DNA of 64,000 nt from Lama guanicoe. Its lineage: Eukaryota. The stretch lies in NCBI GenBank assembly GCA_013239625.1, contig MU053431.1, positions 2,258,485-2,322,484 on the forward strand. Direction: 5' to 3'. Numbering within the stretch: the stretch's first letter is position 1; every line of letters starts with the position of its first letter. Shown one piece after another: positions 1 to 12,564 of the stretch. Position numbers and translations under genes: made by a program. The notes under the pieces were generated by a model. It saw nothing but the letters and a program-made list of their open reading frames with translations, was not told the origin of the DNA and did not search any database.

Positions 1-278
1 TTTGCAGAACAGGCTCTGTGTCACCATGACACTGGCAGAGCCAACGTGACAACGAAGACAAGACGGTGTGGCCAGACAACCTGCTTGGGGCTGGGGTCTC
101 TGGGGACCGACCCCCGGAACTCACACCCTCGGGAATAACGTCCACCCCAGAGGGACTAGCTCAGAAACGCGAGTGGAGGCCCCGTGGGCGCCCCATGCCG
201 ACAGCGCCACTGGGAGCTCGACGTTTAGAGCTGCCCTGGGCACTCTCAGCCCGGCCCGGGGCCATCCGTTTCCCGGGA

Positions 279-654
279 CGTGTCAGGTTCCTGGGAGGCC
301 AAAAGCAAGGCAGCACAGACCTGCACTGAAAACAACAGAAACACGCCCTCTCCCAGCTCTGGAGACCAGACGTCCGAAGCCAACGCGTCCGTCAGGCTGG
401 GCTCCCTCCAGCTGCCCTGGGAGGGTCCTTCCTGCCCCTCCAGCTCCTGGGGGCCCCGGCCTGGGCTCATGGCTGCCTCCCTCCAATTTCAGCGGATGCG
501 TCTCCTCAGGACACTTGTAAATGGCTCTGGGATCCACCAGACAGCCCAGGACGAGCTCATCCAGAGACCCTTAACCACAGCGGCAAACAAGGCCCATTCA
601 CGAGGCTCCAGGGCACGGACCCGTCTTGGTGGAGCCACCATTCAACCCACTTCA
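279..654 (-). mobile_element. MLT1-type (ERVL-MaLR) LTR, left LTR of a provirus
   Basis: Plus strand resembles the reverse complement of an MLT1 LTR: ctgaaaacaacagaaa..ctctcccagctctggagaccaga..aggacacttgt..gccaccattcaacccact. Boundaries approximate. Confidence 0.75.
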
Positions 655-1909
655 GTCCATCCCCCAAAGTTCATGTCCACTTTACATCCGGAACACATTC
701 ACCCCAAGCCAACATCTCTCAAAGACCCAGCCCGCTACAGCATCAGCTCTGTGTCCAAAGCCTCACTTCAGCCCACAAAGTCCCGAAGGTCATCGTCTCA
801 ATCACCTGAATCCGGTGTGAGCGGCTCTGGGTGTGGTCCGTGAGTGGACCTGTGAACCCAGAAGGCAAGTGATCTGCTCCAAAATGCAGCGGCAGGACTG
901 GCACAGGCCAGACGCGCCTGTTCAAAACGGGAAACCAGGAGGAACAGCCACCGGTCACCCACATTTGAAATCCCACAGGGCAAATCCACTTGGTTGGAAG
1001 CCCCTTGCCCACCTCTGTGCTCCTGGCTCCCTAAGCCTCGGCCCGCACCCCCGGCCGAGGCATCGTCCCTCCTCCTGGAGGGCCACACGTGCGCAGCCAG
1101 CCGACTGCTCCACCAGCCTGCTTCCCGCGGCGGAACCCCAGGGCTGCCGCGTTCCTGCTTTCTGCCCACCTCCCTCCCTCGCTCTTGGTCCAGCCAGGCA
1201 GTGTTTCTGCCAGAATGAAACTCCTAAAGCCTCGTGGGCACCCGCACATGCCCCAGGAGGGACCTCTGCCCGGTGACCCACCCTAGTCCCGCTCCTGCCA
1301 GGAGGGCCGGTCGCACCCACGATCACACACCGGTCTCCCCCACGACAGCCGTCCAGCCACGCCCATGGCCCTCTCTCCAGAGCACGCTCTCCTGGACCCA
1401 GGGTCCTGGTTCATGGTCCTGTGCACCCTGGACGGGCCCGGGCCGCTCCTGCCTCCACCCCCCTTCTCTCCACCTGCGTCTTCCCACAAGCAGCGAGGAG
1501 ACACCAGGCCCACGGCCCACACTCTGCCTGGAAATCTCCTCACTAAACGTCCAGGTTCATCGGGGGCAAGTTCTGGGATGGGATTCGGCCACTTTCTATG
1601 CCACTTACACAAAGGGTCACCTTTCCTCCAGTCCCCAACAACTCGCCTCATGCCAACCGACCCTGCCTCTGCGTCGTATGTAGAGCAGTCACGGCAATTC
1701 CTGCATCACGGGACGTCCCCATGCGCCTCAGTCATCGTGCCCGCCAGCTCCCACGGGAACCGAGCTTAACGTCCGTATTCCCACCAACTGCCTCTCCCAG
1801 GCAACCTGGGCCTTCTCTCCTGTGCTCTTCAAAACGCTGCTGCCGTCATCCAATTCCAGCCACTCTCCAGTCTCAGCCTGGCAGCACCCCACCTCCCGGC
1901 CCCAAAATC
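655..1909 (-). mobile_element. MLT1-int (MaLR internal region), decayed
   Basis: Matches recalled MaLR internal motifs: ccccaaagttcatgtcc..acattcacccc; ctgctccaaaatgcagcggcaggac; tgccacttacacaaagggtcacctttcctccagt; ends ..ccaaaatc just before the second LTR. Confidence 0.7.
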
Positions 1910-2332
1910 CCTGCTCGGCTGCCAGAGCTGCTGCGATGCTGCACCACAAGCAGGGCGGCTTGACTAGATCACAGAAGCGCGTCCTCGCCCAGCTCTGGAG
2001 GCCAGGCTCCAAAATCACGACGTCAGCAGGGCGACCCCTCTGGGGCTCCAGGGAGGGTCTTCCTCGGCTCCCCAGCTCCTGGTGGCCTCAGGCATCCCCT
2101 GGCTGGCGGCCATCTCCCTCCAGTGTCTGCCTCCGCCCACGTGGCCATCTTCAGTGTCTCGTGAAGGACACGTGTCATTGGCTGAGGGCCCACACTGATC
2201 TAGGAGGACCTCACGCTGAGGCCCCTCACTTAATCACATTCACAGAGATTTCTTCCAGATAAGGTCCCATTCACAAGTCGCAGGACATGGACATATCTCT
2301 GCAGGGTGGAGGCCACCATTCAACCCACGACG
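1910..2332 (-). mobile_element. MLT1-type LTR, right LTR of the provirus
   Basis: caccacaagcagggcggcttga..cagctctggaggccagg..aaggacacgtgtcattgg..taatcacattc..gccaccattcaacccac; homologous to 279-654. Confidence 0.8.
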
Positions 2333-2780
2333 GCTGCTCACCCCGAGGAGGGTTCTTCAGTCGGGGAGCCCCGTGGGCACCGTCCTTGCCTCTCTCCCAT
2401 CTGCAAGCTTGTCTCCCATGCACATCCGTCTCTGTCCAGCACTCTGGGAGTCGCAGATTTTGTGTTCATGGGAGAACCGGCGGTTACCACCCACATGTGT
2501 GTCCACTCAATGCTCCAGGGAGATGCGGGGCTGGACTCTGCCTCCCACCCGCAGCCAGAGCTTCCTGGCCCCACGGGGAGGTCCACCCTCTGCCCCACCC
2601 TCACAAGCAGCCGCCCTTGGGATGGGAGCCTAGGGCAGGGTCGGCAAAAGCGGAAACCACCAGTAGCACCGGGTCCCGTGGCCAGCCCACCGGGAGCGCC
2701 CCGGGGCTCGGCGGCAGCCGGGGCCCCTCAGGAGTCCCAGACACCAGGGCCCCGAGCTCCAGCCTGCAGCACCCGCTAAC

Positions 2781-2849
2781 CTGAAGGTGAGGCCAGATTT
2801 ACTCTTGAGGTTCCGCAGCAGCTCCAGCTGGTTGAGTGGCGGGATCAGT
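2781..2849 (-). CDS. KCNQ2: KCNQ2 exon 10 (69 nt): (R)[22 protein letters not shown](R)
   Basis: tgcag| acceptor and |gttagc donor; translation matches the Kv7.2 C-terminal linker. Confidence 0.97.
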
Positions 2850-3739
2850 CTGCAGCGAGAGGAGAGGGCAGTGAGCCCCCGCCACGCAGCCCAGGGCCCT
2901 CACCCCGCCCTCACCGGGGTCACCTCGCACACGGGGCAGGCGGCGCCCGGGGGACTCGGGCTGCGCCCTGTCACAGGCAGAGAGGGGGACTTCACGCGGC
3001 CCGGGCTGGCGTCTCCACCGCTGGGGCCGGGACAGCAGCCACACTCCCCGGGGGCACTCTCCAGGGGCTTGGCCCTGGCAGTGGGCGGTGCCCAGGCCGT
3101 CCCTAGAGACCCGGCCCTGCCCACATGGAGCGGGCCCAGCACAGCCCTGGAAGACAGGGGCTGGGGGCTTCTCCCAAGCCCTGAGCACCCCCTGGGGGCA
3201 GCACAGTGGCAAATGCAGCCCCCCAACGTCCTGAGGCTCCCCGACCCGTCTCCTCAGAGCCACACTCTCTGCCAAAGCTGGGGCGGGGCCGAGGCCAGTG
3301 GGAGGGCTGTGCCAGGCAGAGAGGCCCACTGGTCTGTAGGTGAGCCTCCAGGACGGCTGGAGGAGAGGCCCAGGACCCTGCACCACCTGGCCTGGCTCTG
3401 TTCCAAGGCCCCTATTCCCAAACCGAGTCACGGCCACCAGGCCCACATTCAACACTGCAGCCACCAGGCAGGGAATCCGAGAGGTGAATCAAGTTTCCTT
3501 GTGATGCCAGCGGCGGGCTGCACACCTGGGAGGCTCCCGGGGAAGCCCAGGCTCCCCACTCCGGCCGTAGGAGCCTCGGGTCCTCACTAGGTCTGCAGAG
3601 ACTCCTCCTCCCCACCCACCCCCAACCCACCCCTCACCCACCTCCTCCCAGCTCCTTGTCACCTTCTGCCCCTTCACAGGTTCTCGTCTCTTTGCCCTGC
3701 TTCCTGACCCTGGTCTCTCCTTCCTGACCCAGCCTGACC

Positions 3740-3790
3740 CGCTGTGACACCCCCACCGCTGTGACACCCTCAGTGCTGTGACACCCCCAC
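3740..3790. repeat. 17-bp tandem repeat x3 (YGCTGTGACACCCYCAS)
   Basis: Units at 3740-3756, 3757-3773 and 3774-3790 read directly. Confidence 0.85.
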
Positions 3791-5866
3791 CCAGTCTCAG
3801 CCCCCGAATCTTGTCCTGAGCCTCCATGGTTCCTGACCCTGAGGCCCCCGATGCCCCAGGGCACCTCTGTCCAAGCCTCTCCTGGGCATGCTCCCTCTGT
3901 GTCCTGCAGTGCCACCACTCCAGGCCCTGGCCTGGCTCCAGCCCTCGCCCCACCCCCCACCCCGTCTCCTCCTGGACCTGCCTCTCCCCTCCCGCCCCTC
4001 CTGTGCCCTCCTCCCCTGGGGCTCCCTGGACGCCCACCACCCTCCTTCCTGGGGCTCGTTCTTGTCACCCTCCTGCTCAGACTCTCCAGAGCGCCCTGTT
4101 GCCTCCAAGGTAGAAGGATCTCTGACCCCGCTGCACCCGGACGCGCCTGCCGGCCCTCCCTGCTAGTCTCTGGCTTTGCTCTGGTCCGCCCTCCTCTGCC
4201 CAGCGCTGCCCTCTGGCGCCAGGTGGAGTGCCCTCTGCCCCCCTGTGGCCCCAGCAGAGCCAGGCCTGGATCCTGGAACACGTGCCCTCCCCCCGCTTCC
4301 CCATCCAGGGCTGTCCCCTGTCCTCATAGGTCAAGACCAAGCAGGAGGCCCGGGCAGTCGGGTCGCTCACGTCATGGGTGCAGCGGAGCCCCAGGACTGG
4401 ACATGGGGCAGAGTTGGTCCTCCCACCCCCCGACCGCCCACCACAGGGCCTAGAGCAGAGACCCCAGACCGCTGGCCCCAATCAGCCCCCACACACACAG
4501 GTCCAGGGTAGGGACACGCAGTGAGGACATCATGCCTTGGACACACAGCGGCAGGGAACAGAACACGGGCGGGCAAGGCCACGGGCAGGGACGTGCACAC
4601 ACCACGCACATCGGGGCCACGCACACGCAGCACCGGTGTGGGGGATGAGGGTGCCGTGAGCGACAGGGGTGGGGACACGCTGGGGAGCGTCTCCCAGGAG
4701 CGAGCAATTGTTAGTCTGGGAGTCAGCCACCTCCAGGAGGCCTGGGGCAGGGGGCACCTCCACAGACGTCGAGGAGTGTGGGGCTGGCTGGAAAAGACGG
4801 ACCGAGGGAGCCACCAGGTCTAGGAGGGGCTGTCAGGGCCTGACGCAGGCGCCCTCCAGCTGCATCTGCCCCAGCAGACCAGGACCAGCAGCTGGGGAAG
4901 GACGCTGCTCCCACTGGCACCTTGTCCTCTGAGTGAGGCCCCCGGGGTCTGCAGCCAAGGGGAAGGGTAAGCACTGCTGGGTGGAGAGGCCGAGGGGCTC
5001 AAGTCCCTCCCTCCCATGGAGCGTGCCCTGCACTGCCCAGCACGGCACCCTCTTCCCTTCTGGGAGTGGAGGGGCTGACTTTCTAACAGGGCGCCCATTC
5101 AGGTGCCAGGGGAGGGTGAGAGACCCCTGGAGGGCCCCTCCTGGCCTACGCAGGGAGACGGTGTCCCTGGCTCGGCAGGGCCATGCGTGGATGTCCCCGT
5201 CTAGCACAGTCCCACCACTCTGCAGGGAAGGACAGGGCCTGCAGGGGGACCTGGCCCCGGGCTCGGGGAAACCTCCTATAGCAGCTCAGGGCCCCCAGTA
5301 GGCCCGGAACCCCAGACTAGGGCACAGCAGGAGGAGAGCCCTCGGCGCAGACACAATGCAGGGACACACAGGTGCACCGCAGCCTCTCCTCCCAGGGCCT
5401 GCAGCCTCCCTCTCGCTGCAGTGGGAAGACTCGAGGCAGGGGGAGCGAGGGCATAGAGGGAGCCCCCAAGCAGGGTTGGGGTGAGCTGGCTGGGCAGAGG
5501 CCCCATGAGCAGCACAGAGGGCCGCAGGCTGGGGAGCCCCGTCTCTACCACCTCTGCGTTGGGTGTAAGTGGGGCCCGTGGGGCGGGATGGAGGCGCAAG
5601 GAGAGACTCCAGCCACTGAGACAAGGCAGGAAGCGGGACGAGGAACAGAGGACACCTGGGACAGACAGATCCAGCACGAGAAAGCAGGTTGGGGTGGGGG
5701 CAGTCGAGAGAGGTGGCCAGGGGAGCGAGGGAGGCGCGCGTGACTCCAGGCTGGGGCCACAGGCTGGGCGGGGCACAGGGGCGCCTGGCGGGGGCGCGGG
5801 GCGGCCCCGGAACGGACCCCAACAGAACAGGACCACACCACACACTTTCTGCCCATGCAGTCCTAC

Positions 5867-5896
5867 CTGGAGGCCCCGTAGGTTTGAGTTTGCGAG
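5867..5896 (-). CDS. KCNQ2: KCNQ2 exon 9, alternatively spliced 30-nt microexon: (S)SQTQTYGAS(R)
   Basis: gaaag|CTCGCAAACTCAAACCTACGGGGCCTCCAG|gtagga; matches the known 10-aa optional Kv7.2 segment. Confidence 0.95.
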
Positions 5897-6972
5897 CTTT
5901 CAAGGGTTTTCACACACACACAAAGGGAAAGGAACGAAAATTGGAAAAGAACGGGATAAGAAAAACGAAGCGAAGAAAACGGTCAAGGAAAGTGGGGGGA
6001 ACAAAAGAACAAAGAAAATTAGCAGGAGGGTCAGTGCTGCCTGGACCGGAGCGCTGGGAGCGCCGTGCGGGGCCGAAGGCAGGCGCCTCTGGCGGGGAAG
6101 GTGGCACCGGGCGCCTGCACCAAGCTGAGTGCTCCAGAAAGTGCGGGTGGGGTGGACGCGGAGGGAGGGCTGGGCGGCCCCCCCTCTCCAGGTGGCAAAT
6201 CCTCACAGAGGCAGGGGGCCGGTGGAGCCCCAGGCGGACAGCTCCGTGAGTGCAAACCCCAGGAGCAGGTAAGGAGACTGGGGCCCCCCAGGCCCCCAAG
6301 GGTGGAGGGCAGGCTGGCGGGGCAGTGCCCACCTGAGGGCACCCGCCCTGCATGGACTCCGGGCGGCCCCATCGCTTCTCAGCTCAGACCTCGTCTAAGC
6401 TGGAGCCTGGCACAGACAAGCCCAGGGTGGCCTGGAAAGCCGCCGGCTGACCAGCGGCCTCATGGGTCTACTGGCACTGCCCCCGCTGACCGCCCCCGGG
6501 GAGGGACTGCCGGCCCCTTCTCTCCCACCGAGGGCACCTAGGGGTGTCTGTGCTTTGTCCTTTCGGGGCCTCACTGTGGTCCTGGGTCCTCTCCTTTCTC
6601 GGGGAGAGAACCTGGCCCCCGCTGAAGGACAGAGGGTCAAGGTTAGCCTTTCACTTCTAAACGCGGGGCCACCCTGGCAGGGCCGCGCCGCACCGCACCG
6701 GGGCTGCGATTCACGGACTGGCCAGCATTTACCTCCGCGAGCTCTGGGGGGCTGTCTCCGCGGTGCTCACACACAAGGCACCTGACAGCAAGGACACTAA
6801 GCAGGGGGGCGGAATGAAGGTGAAAAATAAAAGCCGCAAACTACAAAACAAAGAACAAAATTAACACCTCAAAATAAATCACACACAATTCTTTTTTGGA
6901 AGTTACACACATTTTAAAGAAAGAGAAACAAAAGAAATCAGAATGATGAACAACAACAAAAAATGGGGCTTA

Positions 6973-7116
<144 letters not shown>

Positions 7117-7569
7117 TCAGGCGGCCCTGAGGGGAGGCGGGGCTGGCAGAGCCCAAGGCCTCAGGAGGGGCCCCCACCTCTCCCAGGGCCTGGCCCCTGA
7201 GCACCCCCCTGCACCAGGCTCTGGACCGCGGTCCCCTGGCACCTGCCCCACCCCCAACAGGCCTCAGCCTCTGTAGAATGGACACACATGTTTGCCCGCT
7301 GTGGCTGGCGGGGCCTGGAGGAAGGGGCGCAGGTCAAGCACACGGTGAGTCTGCAGGGGGCCTCCACTTCTTTCCTTTCATCTCATCTCACTGAGGCCCA
7401 GCAGCTACCACCTGGCATCGTGGCTGCCTTCCTGCCCTCCCCCAGCCCTGAGGGAGCTTTCCACTGGACTCCGGAGCTGGGGGCGGGGGCAGAGCCAGGG
7501 ACCCGCTGGCCAGCCCTTATTTTGAAATGCGTCACCCCACCGCCTTCCGGCCCCCACAGTCTCTGGTGA

Positions 7570-8900
7570 GGAATCAGCAGTTACTCTCACTGAGGCCCCT
7601 TGGGCATCAGAAGTCACTTCTCTCTCGCTGCTTCCAAGATCTGCCTTCACCAGTGTGCTCCCAGTGTGTCCCGGAGCAGCTCTGTGACTATCCTGCTTGG
7701 ATGTATAGATTCACGTCTTTCACCCAATCTGGGAAGTTTTCAGTCTTTTCGCCCGCCTCTCTTCCCTTTCTGGGACTGCCATTATGCCAAGATCGGCAGG
7801 TTAGCTGGTGTCCCGCCAGTCTCACGGGCTCTGTTCATTCCCCTTCCTTTGCTTTCTTTCTGCCCCGCAGCCTGGGTAACTTCAACTGACCCGTCTGCAG
7901 GTTTGCCGACGCTTCCTCGTGCCGGCTCAGGTCTGCTGCTGACCCTCCGGTGAGTTTTTCGTTTCAGCCACTGTACCCCTCAGCTCCCGAATTTCTCTCT
8001 GGCTCCCTTTTATAATTTTGATCTCTACTGACACTCCCCATTGGGTGAGATGTCAGTCTTCTGTTTTCCTTTGGTTCTTTCCTGTGGATCCCTTTAGACT
8101 TTTGAGCATACTTAAACGGCTGACTTGATGTCTTCGTCTAGTAAATCAAATACCTGAGCTTCTTCAGAGACAGTGTCCACTGATTTTTCTCCTTGTGATT
8201 AGACCATACCTCCTTGTTTCTTTGCATGCCTCACAATTTCTCGTTGAAAACTGGACATTTTGAGTATTACCACGTGGTTCTTCGGAAGCAGATTCTCCCC
8301 TGTCCCCAGAGCTTTTCGCTGCTACTCGCCACTGACGGTAGCTGTTTGTCAAATGACTTTTCTAAGCTGTTCTGCAAACACTGTATACTCTTCATTGTGT
8401 GTGGTCACTCACATCTGTTCCCCTTACCTCAGTGGTCAGTGACTTGACAGAGGTTCCATTAAACCCAACAAACCAAAGAGGAAACAAACACCCTCGGTCC
8501 TTGCAGACCGGCCCTGCGTGGGGGCACATTCAGCAAGGCCACTTACAGCTCCACCTTAGCCTTCACTTCCTGCTTGCATGGAGTCTAAAGACGGCCTGAG
8601 GTGAGCACTGAGGGTCTTCTCTAGTCACTTCCGAGCCTGCGTCCAGCACTACGCAAGTGAGTGGCCGCCTACATCCCCCCGAGACATGGGGGTCCCTCCC
8701 AAACCCTCAGTCCCCTGTGAATCCTTCCCAAACCTCTGAGCTTCTTGGAGAGGAGAGGAAGAGGGGAGGTGCCGTGTGTTCGGGCCTCGCTCCCTCCCTG
8801 CGATGCCCGAGCCTCTGAACCGCAGGCAGGGCTGCGACTTCACTGCCAGTAGTGGGCGAGACTGGGGCGCTTTTGTTCTTCTTTATATCCTTGTGCAATT
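7570..8900 (-). mobile_element. Old L1 (L1M-type) 5'/ORF1-region fragment in KCNQ2 intron 7
   Basis: T-rich plus strand with typical antisense L1M phrases (atctgggaagttttcagtc; tgggactgccattatg; cagctcccgaatttctctctggctcccttt; tgtcttcgtctagtaaatc). Boundaries approximate. Confidence 0.7.
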
Positions 8901-9456
8901 AAAACAAGTAGCCATTTGAAGCTCTTATGGTGAAAGACACATGCGTACATATACCCGTAAATGCAGGCTGCACCCAGGGCAGGACCTCGTCGTCAAGAAA
9001 GACAGACACGTGAGGTGCTGGGGCCATGTCCAGCCAGCGGTAGAGCCGGTCAGTTCCAAAGTCCCCGGGCCCCCCACGCTTTGAGAGGGGCTGTGGGAAC
9101 ATGAGGCCACACTTTCAGGATGGCTCAGGAAGCACTGCTGGACGCCGAGCAGCCACTGTGGCCCCTGGCAGTGGGGTGGGCCTTCAGCTGGGGCACCTAC
9201 CTGAGGTGGGGCCTCTGAACCCTGATCCCACACCTGCAGGATGGGTACCAGTGCTATGAAGGGACACCTCAGGGGCAGCTGTGACAGCCTGGCCCAGAGC
9301 CCGGGGCCAGCACCAGCCTCCACGCTGCCTGGGCTGGAGCCGCCATGCAGCCCGGGGTGTCTGAGCTGGTTCTCGGCACAGACACTGACTCCCCGACAGG
9401 GAGACACTGAGCAGGGCTCTGCTCCGACGCCGTGGGCCCGGCCAGAGGCTCCGCCA

Positions 9457-9517
9457 GTTCCCGTGGGGGTTCCTGTGGGGGTTCCCGTGGGGGTTCCCGT
9501 GGGGGTCCACGTGGGGG
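9457..9517. repeat. 12-bp minisatellite x5 (GTTCCCGTGGGG)
   Basis: Five units read directly, about 15 nt into KCNQ2 intron 7. Confidence 0.95.
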
Positions 9518-9531
9518 CCGCCTGGACTCAC

Positions 9532-9627
9532 CTGGATCAGGCCAGCTGCAGGGTTCCGCCTCTTCTCAAAGTGCTTCTGACGATGCTGCTCTTGAACTTT
9601 CAGGGCGAAGCCAGACCCCAGAATGCC
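9532..9627 (-). CDS. KCNQ2: KCNQ2 exon 7 (96 nt): [32 protein letters not shown]
   Basis: cag| and |gtgagt; S6 end and proximal C-terminus. Confidence 0.99.
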
Positions 9628-10216
9628 CTGCAGGCCACTGGGATCAGATGGCGCCCCAGGGACCACAGTCCCCCCACCCTTGCCTGCACTCCTGGCTCTG
9701 CCCTCCCACCTTCTCAGCCCCTCATCACCAGGAGTCACCAGGAGACAGGCTGGGGGGAAGACTTGGGCTCACAGGAGCCTGGCAGGGCCCGCCCACACGG
9801 AACACACCTGGGCCCAGAGAGCAGTCCTCCTGCCCTGGTCTGTCCACACTGACGTGAGCGGAGGGGTGAGGCCCAGGGTCACAGGAGGGCCACCTGGGGA
9901 GCAGCCCCACTGGCCACCCCCGACCCTGCCTGGCTGTGGGTGACAGTTATCTGAAGCTCCGTGGCAGGAGATGGGGTCCCGGGTGCCCTGGGAGCTGACG
10001 GGGGGCCGTGTCGCCCTGCAGCACTGCTCCTGGTAATAGGGCCCCTCCTGGCCCAGCCCACTGGGCTGGGGGGAGCTGGCAGGTGTGGGTCAGAAGGCAC
10101 AGCTGGGAGAGACTCAGAGCCCCCGATGGAGCCTTGTGGGAGCTCTGTCCCCACGGAGGTGCCGCTTGCAGCTGCTCGGGGGCTGGGGGCCTGCTGGGAG
10201 CCATGTGCCCGCCTCA

Positions 10217-10600
<384 letters not shown>

Positions 10601-12399
10601 TCAAAGGCTCTGCTCCTGCGTGTCGCCCAGGCTAGCAGGGCAGGTTTGCCGTGGACGGAGCAGCGGCTCCAGCTGAGCTCAGGCCAGGTGGGTGGCCAGG
10701 AGGCTCGCAGAGAGCAGGGCCTGAGAGGGGACAGTGCCCAGAGGGCCCCTCCAGGGACACAGAGAGGGTTGTGTGGGGGCCCTCAGAAGGCGGCTTGTAA
10801 GCTGAGGCCAGAAGAGGAGTGGGAGAGGGCTGGGGGAGGAAGAGGACCTCTCCCTGTGGTGTGGCGGGCAGCGCGGGCGGCCCCAGGGCGATGGAGGGAC
10901 CGGGAGACTCGGCGTCCGGGGGCCAGCACCCGGGGGCCGGCGTTCATGGCCCGCACGCGGGAGGCCAGCTTGAGAGGGAGGCAGTGGGGGGACTCCCCCA
11001 ACACCAGTGAGCCCCTCCAAGGGCCACAGGCCTGCAGAGCAGAAGAAAGGGGGCCTCAGGCAGGAGGCTACCCAAGAATGGCAGTGATGGGAAGGGGGCT
11101 GACCTCATCCTGTCACAGCACAAAATGAAATCTTCCAAGTGTGACGTTCACAGTGGGGGCCACGGTGTAGGTGTGACTGGGGAGCACGCAGGAGGGGTCC
11201 GGGCTGGGGAAGACGGGCACAGCGGGGGTTCCATGTAACACTCAGGCACTACTCGGCATATTAAAATTTTGGATTCAATTCTTAAAGATGGGAAGGCCCT
11301 CAGGAAGGGCAGGCCGCATCACCAGCGGGGGCAGACTGTCCAGTCAGAGCCTGGACCTGCAGGGAGCTGTGGGCTCTGGGCCCCAGCCTCAACTCCCCTC
11401 GCCTACCCTGCGCCCAGGCCCCTGACCACCCTGCTGCCCACGTGGTGAGATAGAAGGACACGGATTCGAGCCTTGTGGCAATTAAAATGACCACAAGTAA
11501 ACTGCATTCTGCTTAAACGCTGGGTGGAGGCTGGCATCTCTCTTCCCAGCAACTGGGTTTGCAGCACCTGCCTAGCGTCACAAGGTCGTCATTTTCTGAG
11601 CTGGGTCTAGGGTCCCAGAGACAATAGGCTCTGCCCTCCCAGACCTACGGGACCCTCCACAGGCCTGGCGCCCCCCAGGCGGAGTGTCCAGCACACCCAG
11701 GAAGTGCCACAAAGGAGGGGTACTTGGGACCCCGCACGTGGAGGCGTCCATGGAAACGGCTGAGAAGGAGCCAGGCTGACAGCCGTTCAGCTACTGGGGT
11801 TGCGGCCTGTGGGGCCCAGCTCGGTCTCCAGAGGGCACTCTGAAAGCACGGGGTCCCCACTAGGAGCAGGAGGGGCCCAAGAAGGCTTTTCTCACAAAAG
11901 GCCACTAGCGCTGGGCCCAGGACGGGGTGGCCATGAGCATGGACCAAAAGTCCGTAGGCAGCCCTACTACGCTGGGCAGGGGCAGCCTGGGAGGTTAAGC
12001 TCAGGGAGGCAGGGGGTCCAGTTCCCCTTTTTCAAACTCTACTGTCCCTTAACATGACAGGCAAAGCCGCCCCTCCTCCCCTCCAGCACAAAGGTCACAC
12101 AGGTGTCAGTAAGGCAGGAAGGTAACTGGCCAGGCTGCTCACGGGTTCCCCGGGGGCCAGGCCTTTCTCCGCCCCACATGGGCCAGCGCATCCCCACCCA
12201 GCCTGGACCAGCACCGCCACCTGGCCTCTTGGTCAGGAGTGGCCAGCAGGTGGCCCCCGAGAGACGTCTCCAGCCAGGTTGGCCAGGGAGAGTCACTGCA
12301 CCTCCTGTTCAGCCCAGGGAGTCGAGGGCACACCCGGGGGGAGGGGGCAGACAGTGGCGGAAGGACCCCGAGGGGCCGTGCCCAGCGAGCGCATCCTCA

Positions 12400-12564
<165 letters not shown>

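Noticed and set aside
1-2780. KCNQ2 exon 11 (KxPxPEPSPS)
   Set aside because: No matching sequence with splice sites found; most of the interval is a MaLR element, so the exon is presumably left of the window.
6820-6880. AATAAA hexamers near KCNQ2 exon 8 as a short-isoform polyA signal
   Set aside because: They are on the plus strand, antisense to KCNQ2, and simply mirror the U-rich tract.
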